This document shows positions 48,854 through 58,648 of a DNA stretch of 64,000 bases, one piece after another. A model generated the notes under the pieces. The model made no database searches and was not told the origin of the DNA. It was given only the letters and a program-made list of their open reading frames with translations. Source of the DNA: Desulfurococcaceae archaeon. Its GTDB lineage: Archaea > Thermoproteota > Thermoprotei_A > Sulfolobales > Desulfurococcaceae. The translations under genes and the position numbers were made by a program. The stretch's first letter is position 1. The number at the start of each line of letters is the position of its first letter. The DNA lies in NCBI GenBank assembly GCA_038824035.1, contig JAWBBW010000005.1:1-64000 (forward strand), given 5' to 3'.

Positions 48854-50551
48854 TCACCTGATTACATGATAACTGGCTATTTCTTCGTAGATCTTTGTTG
48901 GCGCGATGTTCATGGTTGATGCCATGTCCTCTATAGCTTTCTTATATATTGTCATGGGTTCGTAGTAATAGTCAAATATGACCTTGGATACCTCCCATGG
49001 ATCAATGATATTCCTCATATCCAGCCATTTCAATACAATGGCTCTTCTAACGATTTCCTCTAATACATCTTCTAAGTCAAGCCCTTTCCTAGCCGCAACA
49101 TCTCTTATATGACTACTATCCTTCAAATTCACCGAATGTCTGTCTGTCCTAGGATCCCACTTTGTTATTAATCGGTATCTCTCATAGTCGTCGACCTCCT
49201 GGACCACTGTGATCCTTCTACGACTCTTCACAACGCCTTTCTCAACCCGTGTAATCACGTTTTGGACGTGCATAAACACGTTCATGAGCTTCATGTATGT
49301 CGGGGGTATGTTCATGGGCGGACTTGTCAATCTCTTAACAGCGTAATCAAGCGTATCAGCATGAATAGTACTCGCACCACTGTGTCCCGTGGCCATTGCC
49401 TGGAAGAGCACAAATGCCTCTTCCCCTCTCACTTCTCCCACTATTATGTAATCCGGCCTATACCTTAAGCTCAATTTAACGAGATCATAAAGCTTGATAC
49501 TAGATGTCACGCCATGTAATCCAGCTATAAATGACTCTCTACCTGTCAATTGAACCCAGTTCAAATGAGGCAGGTTTAATTCAGGGGTATCTTCAATGGT
49601 GACTATCTTCATACCTGGCTTTATGAACATTGATAAGGCGTTAAGCATTGTGGTCTTACCTGCGCCGGTACCTCCAGCTATCATGAATGTCTTGCCATTT
49701 TCCAATAAGACCCATAGATACGCAGCTGTTAGGAGATCTATGTTACCACTCCGTATCAATTCTATGATGCTGAATGGCCTTTCACGGAATTTACGTATTG
49801 TGAAAGAGGGGCCCTTCACTGATACCTCTCTACTATACGTAGCCGCGACCCTATGTTTCTCCGGCAACATGGCGTCGAGAATTGGGTGGGCAATGCTAAC
49901 GTGTTTACCCGACATATGGGCCATTTTCTGTATCAATTCATTAATGGCTTCCTCGTTCAAGAACACTATGTTTGTTGGGATGCTCTCATAGTTCCTATGC
50001 CATACATAAACAGGTAGACCTATTCCATTACAAGATATATCCTCTATGTTGGGGTCCCGTATCAAGGGGTCTATAGGGCCATATCCGAGGTAATACTTCT
50101 CTATGTAATACATGATCTTAAGTTTCTTAGCGCCCACAATGCCAAACCTATTCTTATATTTCTCAATAATTCTCCTGATCTCGGAATATACATGTGACCT
50201 GATATCACTTAACTCGCCGAGGGTTTGCGGTGGGCGTATCTCATCGAGGAATATATCGTATAGTTTAGCGACAATTTTTATCTCTTCATGTGTCAATTCC
50301 TGTTCCTCGACAAAGTAAACAGGGCCAGTAGGGGTTTCAGCTATAGTTATCTTGGAAAACGGCCTGTAAACATAGTAGGAATCTAGCACTTTCCACGAAG
50401 GATCTCTCTTAGAAATCTCGATTGAAAGACCCAGCAACATTGCGGATATTGTTTTTTGGCTATCCCAGGCCCCCTTGTTAACAACATCACTAGAAACGTT
50501 CACTTCAACACTTTGTTTAGATTTGCGAAATATGCTTAATTTAAATCTCAT
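48854..50551 (-). CDS. Type IV pilus assembly ATPase (VirB11/TadA/FlaI family)
   Basis: DPNIEDISCNG, FTIRKF, GGTGAGKTT, IEDTPEL, LRYRPDYIIVGEVRG.EA, TGH...STIHA. Confidence 0.95.
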   Translation of the reverse strand: MRFKLSIFRKSKQSVEVNVSSDVVNKGAWDSQKTISAMLLGLSIEISKRDPSWKVLDSYYVYRPFSKITIAETPTGPVYFVEEQELTHEEIKIVAKLYDIFLDEIRPPQTLGELSDIRSHVYSEIRRIIEKYKNRFGIVGAKKLKIMYYIEKYYLGYGPIDPLIRDPNIEDISCNGIGLPVYVWHRNYESIPTNIVFLNEEAINELIQKMAHMSGKHVSIAHPILDAMLPEKHRVAATYSREVSVKGPSFTIRKFRERPFSIIELIRSGNIDLLTAAYLWVLLENGKTFMIAGGTGAGKTTMLNALSMFIKPGMKIVTIEDTPELNLPHLNWVQLTGRESFIAGLHGVTSSIKLYDLVKLSLRYRPDYIIVGEVRGEEAFVLFQAMATGHSGASTIHADTLDYAVKRLTSPPMNIPPTYMKLMNVFMHVQNVITRVEKGVVKSRRRITVVQEVDDYERYRLITKWDPRTDRHSVNLKDSSHIRDVAARKGLDLEDVLEEIVRRAIVLKWLDMRNIIDPWEVSKVIFDYYYEPMTIYKKAIEDMASTMNIAPTKIYEEIASYHVIR

Positions 50552-50632
50552 TGTGAAAACCCCATTTTCGTTACCTGTAAAGGGGAATTAAACATAAAAC
50601 ATCAACAATGATTAAATTAGGTCTATATTTTA

Positions 50633-50646
50633 ATTTATATATAAAT
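50633..50646. promoter_or_regulatory. Palindromic TATA-like element upstream of the pilus operon
   Basis: ATTTATATATAAAT in an AT-rich spacer ~80 bp upstream of the ATPase start. Confidence 0.4.
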
Positions 50647-50678
50647 AATCTTTTATATTTCTCATGATTTTAATAAAA

Positions 50679-51038
50679 TTACTTAACATGAACTACTTTT
50701 AACTTAACCGGTATTTTCAAGTCATGTATCTCGATCAACGTATTTATGTCATTAGCCATGGCCTTCTCCACTTCCTCGTACTTACATTTATCAAGAAATT
50801 TCCTCTTGATCTTAATCACTATTTCTAATTCTTCACTTGTATTATATTCAATACTGTCTATATGGCATTTATAATAATCCGCTATTTCACTTAAAAACAA
50901 TTCAAGCGATCTCTTGAAAGAAGCAATACTAGTCATCGAATATTCCTTGTATTTGTCGATATCGGTTGCACTTTCGTTTAACGTAGATATCACCGGGCTC
51001 GAAAATGCATAGCCATTAAATAATCTGTTCACAGACAT
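50679..51038 (-). CDS. Hypothetical protein (AT-rich)
   Basis: 119-aa ORF. Confidence 0.6.
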   Translation of the reverse strand: MSVNRLFNGYAFSSPVISTLNESATDIDKYKEYSMTSIASFKRSLELFLSEIADYYKCHIDSIEYNTSEELEIVIKIKRKFLDKCKYEEVEKAMANDINTLIEIHDLKIPVKLKVVHVK

Positions 51039-51133
51039 TTATAAAATTTGATTAAACAATTTTATTATTTAAATATATCTAAAGAACCCACCATACATCT
51101 GAACCCCTGTGAAGTTGATTAAAAACATCGAAC

Positions 51134-52093
51134 ATGGTGATCATGTTGGAAACGATCATAACTCATACGGATATCGACGGGGTCGCAGCGGCCAGTTTAT
51201 ACCTATATCTGCGAGATCCAGTGCATTATAAAGTCTATTTTACTGAACCTTTCTTACTGAATAAAACATTGAATAAAATCATGAATAGGTATTCTGAGAA
51301 ATTAGTCTTAATAGATATAGGTATTAATCCATTAATATATCAAGATATACTTGGATATCTGAAAACCATGAGAGAACGTGGCACAGACATTGAATGGTAT
51401 GATCACCACGTATGGGAAGATAAGTGGATCAATGAGATAAAAGCTATTGGTGTGAAACTAAGCATAGATAGATCCACGTGTGCAACTGGCGTAATAGCTG
51501 AATACGTCACCCCCTTAAAACCTATTTTAGATCGAGTGTTTATAGATCAAGTTGTTAAAGGGGTTTGTGCAGGGGATTTATGGACATTTGATCACTGGTT
51601 AGCACCATATTATTTGAGACTCGTCAGAAGACGCGATAGCGATGAATGGAGAAAAAGCGTGCTCGAGGTAATACGTAGTGGTAGGTACTGGGATGAAAAA
51701 TTCGAGGAAAAAGTGACTGAACATGTTGATCTAGAACTCAAGGTTTTATCCAGTAATTTAAGATACGTAGTCAGAGATGTTGATGGATTGAGAATCGTCA
51801 TAGCAGAGAACATAGAGCACCTGGAGAACAGCTTTACCGCGTCTTATCTATTTGGAAGACTGGACGCTGATATAGTGATTATCGCCTCAGATGATGGTAA
51901 GTTGAGCCTGAGAAGCCGTGATTTCAATGTAAGGGATATAGCTCTTAAACTAGGTGGAGGTGGGCATCCACATGCTGCTGGAGCGAAGATAGATGTACCC
52001 TGGTCCACTAGAGTATTTTCTAAACTATCTAAAAAGATCTTCTTGAGTTATGTCCTGGATAAGATATTAGGTATTTTGACAGATCGGAGGTAA
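51134..52093 (+). CDS. DHH/DHHA1 phosphoesterase (NrnA-like)
   Basis: THTDIDG, ID, YDHH, SLRS, GGGGHPHAAG. Confidence 0.92.
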   Translation: MVIMLETIITHTDIDGVAAASLYLYLRDPVHYKVYFTEPFLLNKTLNKIMNRYSEKLVLIDIGINPLIYQDILGYLKTMRERGTDIEWYDHHVWEDKWINEIKAIGVKLSIDRSTCATGVIAEYVTPLKPILDRVFIDQVVKGVCAGDLWTFDHWLAPYYLRLVRRRDSDEWRKSVLEVIRSGRYWDEKFEEKVTEHVDLELKVLSSNLRYVVRDVDGLRIVIAENIEHLENSFTASYLFGRLDADIVIIASDDGKLSLRSRDFNVRDIALKLGGGGHPHAAGAKIDVPWSTRVFSKLSKKIFLSYVLDKILGILTDRR

Positions 52094-52621
52094 CAATACA
52101 ACTTGACCATCTTCGGCTCTATATATACGTGATTTACCTAGTTTATGGAACACGCATACCAATGCAGACACTATAGCGTCTTTTTCATCCTTATTCAACT
52201 CCCTGTTGATATTCAAATTCAATGCCCTTATCAACTCCTCGAAAGAACTACATCCACTTGATTTTAGAGAACTACGGGGATGTGTCTCCAAAACCTCCAC
52301 TCCCATAGCCATGAGAGCCTTTGAAATACCGATCGCGCGGTTAACCAACATGCTCATACCTCTCCAACCAGGGGGGAGCACTTTGAACCCGTTTCTTATA
52401 AGAACCAGGTCTATTTTCCTAAAGACAGATCCGCAAGACGGGCGATCTAAGGGGGAATCTATTGCCACGGTGTTTACATGGTTTCTAATGATATAGTTAA
52501 TTATTTCTTCATCCCTGAAGAGGGTCCTTGTATCAATTATATCAAAAGCCATTGTTATAATGGCTACACCTGTTGGTCTACGCTTGCTTCCTGCGAGGTC
52601 TAAGCCGGCACAGATTACCAT
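52067..52621 (-). CDS. DUF429 family predicted RNase H-fold nuclease
   Basis: GLDLAG, AIDSPL, R..D, ETHP, DA. Confidence 0.85.
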   Translation of the reverse strand: MVICAGLDLAGSKRRPTGVAIITMAFDIIDTRTLFRDEEIINYIIRNHVNTVAIDSPLDRPSCGSVFRKIDLVLIRNGFKVLPPGWRGMSMLVNRAIGISKALMAMGVEVLETHPRSSLKSSGCSSFEELIRALNLNINRELNKDEKDAIVSALVCVFHKLGKSRIYRAEDGQVVLLPPICQNT

Positions 52622-54042
52622 TTAACAATCTCTCCCCTTTCAAAGCCTATGATATTTAAGAATTCGTTGTAAAGCCCTTCTACCTCCATAATCCATTTAC
52701 CAATGCCCTCGGGGTTTGTAGGATATCTTTCTAAGTATAGCTCACTGGCTTTTTTCATGTATCTTCTCACAATTCTAAGCTGGTTCAATAGACTAGGCCT
52801 ACCGAGTAATTTCAATAGCGATGAAATAGCATACACTATTTTTTCACTTAAATCACCTCTACTACTTAGGTCATATATCGATTGACCATCCACGATCTTA
52901 TTCCTTATGATCCATTCGAAATCGTCGTTGCTTAGTTTCTGTAAATACATTCTCAGTATATCCAGGCTTGCCTGTTTAGCACCATACGCTCTCATGTACT
53001 CTATGTTTATACCCCATAATCTGGTCTCATCTATGATCCCTATTTCAAGTGCATTGCCTATATATCGTGAGGCTATATCACTGGCTTCTAGTGAAGAACC
53101 TATCCCACCTCCGTGAACGGGATTCACGGTGTATGCTGCATCACCTATCACGACCAGGTTTCTCCACACAAGTGTTGCCAAGGGTCTACGAGTGGGCACT
53201 ATCCCACCTCCTGTGTGGATCAATCTACCATTGAATCGAGGTTTCAAGTACATTTCATATTGATATCTCGGATTATACTTGCCATTCCAGATAACACCGA
53301 GGCCAACATTTACCATTAAACCATCATGGGATTTTGGGAAAAGCCACCAATAACCACCTGGCGCTATGATCGTGTTCAAATATATCAACGCATAGTCGAC
53401 ATCCTCCTCCTTAATAGGTTGTTTAAGCTCTATTATCTCTCTATATGCGATGTTGAAATCGGTGGTATACGGTCTCTCTGATACAGGCCACTCCCTGGGT
53501 ACTTTGACACGAAGGGCCGGTTTACTCCCACTAGCATCAATGAATACCTTGCCACGTAACTCTATTGTTCCACCACCTATTTTCTTGGCCTTCACAGCCG
53601 AGATCTTGTTATCTTTTATTTCGATGTCGACTAAGCTATGTTGATCATATAGTTCAACACCTCTATCGATGGCTTCTTCGAGAAGCCATTGACCGAAACC
53701 TAGCCTATCCACGCTAATGCCTTCTCCTGGAACCACTATTTCGTATTGCTCGCTAGGACTATAGATCTTAACACCTCTGTATTTATGGGTTATGATTTGA
53801 TCCGGTATTCTAAGCCCTATTTTATCAAAATGATGTACACCTATGGCATCTCCGCATGCTTTATTACCAATCATTTCACGTGACTTACTCTCAACGAGTG
53901 CTACTTTGAATCCCTTCGAAGACAGGACTATAGAGGAATATAACCCAGCAACACCTCCACCTACGATCACCACATCATAATTCAATATACTCACCCGGCA
54001 CAGGATTTTAAGAACATAGACTAAGTAATTAACCTTATCCAC
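52615..54042 (-). CDS. Digeranylgeranylglycerophospholipid (geranylgeranyl) reductase
   Basis: GGGVAG, KACGDA, PGGYWWLFPK, GDAA..VNP.HGGG; true start probably near 53994. Confidence 0.9.
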   Translation of the reverse strand: MDKVNYLVYVLKILCRVSILNYDVVIVGGGVAGLYSSIVLSSKGFKVALVESKSREMIGNKACGDAIGVHHFDKIGLRIPDQIITHKYRGVKIYSPSEQYEIVVPGEGISVDRLGFGQWLLEEAIDRGVELYDQHSLVDIEIKDNKISAVKAKKIGGGTIELRGKVFIDASGSKPALRVKVPREWPVSERPYTTDFNIAYREIIELKQPIKEEDVDYALIYLNTIIAPGGYWWLFPKSHDGLMVNVGLGVIWNGKYNPRYQYEMYLKPRFNGRLIHTGGGIVPTRRPLATLVWRNLVVIGDAAYTVNPVHGGGIGSSLEASDIASRYIGNALEIGIIDETRLWGINIEYMRAYGAKQASLDILRMYLQKLSNDDFEWIIRNKIVDGQSIYDLSSRGDLSEKIVYAISSLLKLLGRPSLLNQLRIVRRYMKKASELYLERYPTNPEGIGKWIMEVEGLYNEFLNIIGFERGEIVKW

Positions 54043-54079
54043 ATGAAAAATAATTTAAAAGTAAGGAACCCTGGATTTG

Positions 54080-55603
54080 CTAAGGCACGATCTTGAGTAA
54101 CATGCCCTCAATAACCACGGGTTGATACATGCTTAGCAGTGAAATGGCATTTTCTAACCTGGATTCACTATTACTGTAAAGCGTTAAGATGGGATCTCCT
54201 TTATTCACTCTGTAACCCACTTTTACATGTAATTGAATCCCAGCGCCCTTATCATAGGGGGCTCCACATGCCTTGGCTATCGTACTTATCACTGCGTTAT
54301 CTATATGAGTAACTGCCCCCTCTATCTGGGATGTAATAGTATATGTATATTTACCTATGGGTATGTCTTCTGGTTTTACATTTGGATCCCCACTTTGTGC
54401 TTCAACTATCTCTCTGAACTTTTCATATGCTTTCCCACTTAGAAAGATCTCCCTTGCAATGTTCTCACCCATGCCCTGTGGTATTTTACCACACATTTCC
54501 AGTGTCAAGCCAGCGAGTAATATAGCCTTGTCAACCAAGCTCTTACTCCCCTTTCTCTCGATCAGTGCTTTAAGGGCTTCTCGAGCTTCAAGAGCTGGTC
54601 CAATACTCATACCTATGGGTTGACCACCATACGTTATCGCTACGCGTATCGCTATCCCAAGTAACCCCGCCTCCCTCATGAATATAGATGCTAATCTCTC
54701 AGCCATGTATATGTCTTTAACCTTAGCTCCTCTCCCCGTTGGTATATCTATTACTAATCTCTCTATCCCCATGGCAAGTTTCTTCGAGAGAATGCTGGCC
54801 ACCATTTGTTGTTCTGGGTCAATTGCCAATCTCCGTTCAATGCTGACAAACAAGTCGTCGGCCGGGGCCAGGTTCAAATGCCCTCCCCATACCAAGACCC
54901 CTTTAACTTTCCTAACTATTTCTACTATTTCCTCAATGCTGAGGTCGACCCTTGCTAACACCTCCATGGTATCAGCTGTACCAGCTGGGCTAGTTATGGC
55001 TCTACTACTCGTCTTGGGTATTAGTAATCCATATGAAGCCACTATGGGAACCGTGATTAATGCTACTTTACTGTTACCTGGAACACCGCCAACGCTATGT
55101 GTATCATAAGCGGTCTCCTCGAATTTAATCCTGGAGCCTGCCTCTACCATCGCCTTTATTAAATAACCTAGTTCTTCATCTGTGAGTTCTTTGTATAGTT
55201 GACTGACAAGAAAAGAGGCTATTTCAGCTTCACCATATAGGCCGTTTACCATGTCCTTTATCAACTGCACATATTCTCCTTCATTTAACCTCTCGCCTTG
55301 AATTCTCTTTTTCAAGGCATTAAAACTAGGCGGTATACCTAGTGGTCTTATACCAATAATCCCTTCCTTTGAAATACCCAGTTTATTGGCAACACTGCCT
55401 GTTATTAGGCAGTCTCCACGCGAAACCATGGTCTTTGAAATCATTACTATTGAAGAAGAATACCTCTCGCCATGTGTTAATAAAACTATGTTACCCGGCT
55501 TAATGCCCAACTCCATCGCATCATCCGAATTCAATATAATCAATGGCTGAGTGAAATCTATTTCAATAATGCGTGCATGTAAAGTTTTACTTACATACCC
55601 CAT
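54080..55603 (-). CDS. deoA: AMP phosphorylase (NMP phosphorylase)
   Basis: HSVGGVPGNSK, PKTSSRAITSPAGTADTMEVL, ASILSKK, QPIG..IGPALEA, GAP.DKGAG; start ATG 55603. Confidence 0.92.
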   Translation of the reverse strand: MGYVSKTLHARIIEIDFTQPLIILNSDDAMELGIKPGNIVLLTHGERYSSSIVMISKTMVSRGDCLITGSVANKLGISKEGIIGIRPLGIPPSFNALKKRIQGERLNEGEYVQLIKDMVNGLYGEAEIASFLVSQLYKELTDEELGYLIKAMVEAGSRIKFEETAYDTHSVGGVPGNSKVALITVPIVASYGLLIPKTSSRAITSPAGTADTMEVLARVDLSIEEIVEIVRKVKGVLVWGGHLNLAPADDLFVSIERRLAIDPEQQMVASILSKKLAMGIERLVIDIPTGRGAKVKDIYMAERLASIFMREAGLLGIAIRVAITYGGQPIGMSIGPALEAREALKALIERKGSKSLVDKAILLAGLTLEMCGKIPQGMGENIAREIFLSGKAYEKFREIVEAQSGDPNVKPEDIPIGKYTYTITSQIEGAVTHIDNAVISTIAKACGAPYDKGAGIQLHVKVGYRVNKGDPILTLYSNSESRLENAISLLSMYQPVVIEGMLLKIVP

Positions 55604-55664
55604 GATTCCCACTACGATGACATATATTTTTATTATAAATAAAAACAATTATCACAAAACTCAT

Positions 55665-55841
55665 CTACTCCATGCCCAGAGATCTCTTGAGTTTCTCTAA
55701 TACTTGTCTCTTATCAAGCAGTTCCTCTAATTTCATGTTTTCAAGGACGCTTCTAGCTAGATCTCTCAAAGCGGGATCAAGGTCCTTCAATATGTTTTCA
55801 ATCACCTGTTTTTTATCTCTACTTGGCCTGTATATTGCCAT
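55665..55841 (-). CDS. Small hypothetical helical protein
   Basis: MAIYRPSRDKKQ... preceded by GGTGAGG RBS. Confidence 0.7.
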   Translation of the reverse strand: MAIYRPSRDKKQVIENILKDLDPALRDLARSVLENMKLEELLDKRQVLEKLKRSLGME

Positions 55842-56014
55842 TTCCTCACCACTTTTCAACTGTTATTAAAGGCCTTTTTATTTGCTGAATTCCATTAGCT
55901 ATGTTCCCCGTTCTTGAGATCTTTTTATGTATACCCATTTGATATTGAAAAAGATTTGATATTACCCACATACATAGGATCATCAAATGAATAAATACTA
56001 TGAAAATCCATAGA

Positions 56015-56031
56015 TAATTAAGCCTTAATTA
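56015..56031. repeat. Perfect 8-1-8 inverted repeat in a long divergent intergenic region
   Basis: TAATTAAG-C-CTTAATTA. Confidence 0.5.
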
Positions 56032-56278
56032 ACAGGTAATAATGTATGTATATTTCATTGATATTTTGTATAAGAATATTGAGCATGGTATGTAACTTGG
56101 ATTAATAAACCTCTTATCTCGTCTTCACCTCGATATAATCATTACTATATCCAAAGGCTAAATTGATACCGACCTTGAATATGGTGTGAAGACGGGTTTC
56201 AAAATACCATACTCATAGCTAGTATTTCGAAGTGTTTTTGAGAATTTCTTTTTTTAACACCCCTTAACGAGGTATTTT

Positions 56279-57013
56279 TTGAACGTGGTGTTATCTTTGG
56301 AGATATTCGTAGGTACTTCGGGCTGGCTCTATGACTGGAATGAGGAAGCCACATTGGAATGGTATGTAAGAGAGAGTGGGCTTAATGCCGTGGAACTAAA
56401 TGCAAGTTTCTATAGGTTTCCCTTTAGAAATCAGGTTAAGAGCTGGGCTAGGAAAGGCAGGAGGCTTAGATGGAGCATCAAGGTGCATAGATCCATCACA
56501 CACCTTAGAAAGATGGGTGATAGAGCTATTGATATTTGGTGGAAATTCCATGAATTATTTAAGCCAATGGATAACATTATAGATTTCTACTTATTTCAAT
56601 TACCTCCTACATTTACTTGTAAAGAGGAAAACCTAGGGAAAATAAGTACATTTAACAAGGAGACGAGGCTGGATAATAGAATGGCAATAGAGTTCAGACA
56701 TAGTTCTTGTTTCAATGACAGGGTTTTAGAATGGGCTATTAAAGAGGGGATAACAATAGTATCGATTGATGCCCCCATAGCGTATTGGATTGTCAAGAAC
56801 AATGACTTGATATACCTTAGAATGCATGGTAGAGAGGCGTGGTATGGTTATGAATACAACGAGAAAGAACTAGAAAAAATAGCAATGGATATATTTAATC
56901 TAAAGCCAAATAAAGTGTACGTCTTCCTTAACAATGACCACTGGATGCTTGAAAACGCTAGGTATATGAAGAAAGTATTAGAAATCACTATGTCTCGAAG
57001 TGGTTCATTGTGA
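56279..57013 (+). CDS. DUF72 (YecE-like) protein
   Basis: GTSGW.Y, VELNASFY, LFQLPP, EFRH, YLRMHG, NND. Confidence 0.92.
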   Translation: MNVVLSLEIFVGTSGWLYDWNEEATLEWYVRESGLNAVELNASFYRFPFRNQVKSWARKGRRLRWSIKVHRSITHLRKMGDRAIDIWWKFHELFKPMDNIIDFYLFQLPPTFTCKEENLGKISTFNKETRLDNRMAIEFRHSSCFNDRVLEWAIKEGITIVSIDAPIAYWIVKNNDLIYLRMHGREAWYGYEYNEKELEKIAMDIFNLKPNKVYVFLNNDHWMLENARYMKKVLEITMSRSGSL

Positions 57014-58038
57014 AAAGCGTCTATGAGATATACAGAGATATATATATCGAGCCCTCAGAACCAGCTATAAGGATTGCCGTTGAACATGGATATTTACCAT
57101 ATATGGTCCAGAGATATATCGACATGCTTGGCTATGACGAGGCAATAAAACTTATCAAGGCATTTAATAAACCTGTCAAGCCAGTGGTGAGGACTAATGA
57201 TACCTTGATACAACCCGAGAGACTTAGGCAGAGACTCGAAAACTTGGGGTTTGAACTAAGGGAGATACCATGGGCTCCTGGCTCATTCTGGGTTTTAAAA
57301 TCTCCTTTATCACCTAGCCTGGGAGCTACACATGAATACCTAAAGGGGTATTACTATGTTCACAGAGATGCTACAAGCCTTATCCCAGTACTCTTCTTAC
57401 TACATGATTACTCAGGTGACGTGCTTGATGCTTGTGCAGCACCAGGAGGTAAGGCTACTTTCATAGCTCAAATACTGAGAAAAAGAATTGGACTACTATA
57501 TGCAAACGATCTTGTTCTATACCGTTTGAAGTCATTGATAAGCCACTTGATGAGGATGAGATTGAACAACGTCATTGTAATGTGGAGCGATGCCGCTGAA
57601 TTGCCTGAGAAACTGGGTGGAAAAATGTTTGAAAGAATATTGCTTGATGCACCATGTAGTGGGGAGGGCACAATATCTGTTGACCCTGCTAGGAAAACGA
57701 AAACCAGTTTATTCGAATTAGCAATAATGGTTAAACGCGAAATACGGTTATTGAATAATTTATTGAATTTACTGAAAGAAGGGGGCTTATTAGTATACAC
57801 AACATGTAGCATAGCCCCAGAGGAGAACGAATACGTAATAGATAAAGTCCTGAAGCATAGACAAGACATCGATGTTGTAGAGCCCCCTGTAAAATTATTC
57901 AAATACTCACATGGGCTTAGAAAGTATAGGCATCTCGAATTCGATCACAGGGTTGAGAAATGTATTAGGGTGTGGCCACATATACATGGTTTATTCGGGT
58001 TCACGATATGTATTCTGGAAAAAACAGGGAGAAAATGA
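57010..58038 (+). CDS. RsmB/NOP2-family RNA m5C methyltransferase
   Basis: DACAAPGGK, LLDAPCSGEG, YTTCS..PEENE. Confidence 0.95.
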   Translation: MKSVYEIYRDIYIEPSEPAIRIAVEHGYLPYMVQRYIDMLGYDEAIKLIKAFNKPVKPVVRTNDTLIQPERLRQRLENLGFELREIPWAPGSFWVLKSPLSPSLGATHEYLKGYYYVHRDATSLIPVLFLLHDYSGDVLDACAAPGGKATFIAQILRKRIGLLYANDLVLYRLKSLISHLMRMRLNNVIVMWSDAAELPEKLGGKMFERILLDAPCSGEGTISVDPARKTKTSLFELAIMVKREIRLLNNLLNLLKEGGLLVYTTCSIAPEENEYVIDKVLKHRQDIDVVEPPVKLFKYSHGLRKYRHLEFDHRVEKCIRVWPHIHGLFGFTICILEKTGRK

Positions 58039-58541
58039 AAAAACCAAAAATTAAGTTCAAAGTGCTGGATACACCCTTGGAATATATAGAGAAGCTTGAG
58101 AAGATACTCACCGACATATATGAAGCCGACCTATATGATTATGTCTCGGAGAAATTGAAAATGCTGTGTTTCAACGATGTTTGCATTATATATGAGCCAA
58201 TCGGCATAGAACCAGCAAAGATAACTATATATTGTGGCCCCTGGATCGCAATTATGAATAGGGGCAAAATCGCCCCATCGATACCACTAATCAATGAAAT
58301 ATTTAGGAAAAAAGGGGTTAGAGGGGCTATAGAGGTCTGTGAAAGAGGAATTAAAGCATTTCTATACGGCAATGATATCTTAATTGAAAGCATAGTGACT
58401 AAGTACCCCCCATGCGATCGCTTGGTCGCTGTAATAGATCATGTTGATAAGGAAATAGTGGGGTTTGCTGAATGGGACAAGGAAAACAATGTATATAGAA
58501 ACATATATGACATCGGGATATTCCTTAGGCAGATCGGTTAA
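58035..58541 (+). CDS. PUA-domain / NIP7-like RNA-binding protein
   Basis: AFLYGND, N..DIG.FLR; start ATG 58035 overlaps the methyltransferase stop. Confidence 0.75.
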   Translation: MKKPKIKFKVLDTPLEYIEKLEKILTDIYEADLYDYVSEKLKMLCFNDVCIIYEPIGIEPAKITIYCGPWIAIMNRGKIAPSIPLINEIFRKKGVRGAIEVCERGIKAFLYGNDILIESIVTKYPPCDRLVAVIDHVDKEIVGFAEWDKENNVYRNIYDIGIFLRQIG

Positions 58542-58648
58542 CAGCTTAAAATAATGATCACAACATGAAGCCACATGAAGGTATGATCAGCGTTGGAAAC
58601 AACATTGATGAAATATATGATTAGCCATTAACAAGCTTTAATTAGCCT

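Noticed and set aside
40159-50551. Archaellum or conjugation (T4SS/Ced) interpretation
   Set aside because: No archaellin, FlaH/F/G, VirB4/HerA or relaxase genes; the platform is TadC/T2SF-type
58553-58610. ATGATCA...ATGA...ATGATCA...TTGA as a C/D sRNA
   Set aside because: All boxes deviate from consensus and no target is evident; too weak to call
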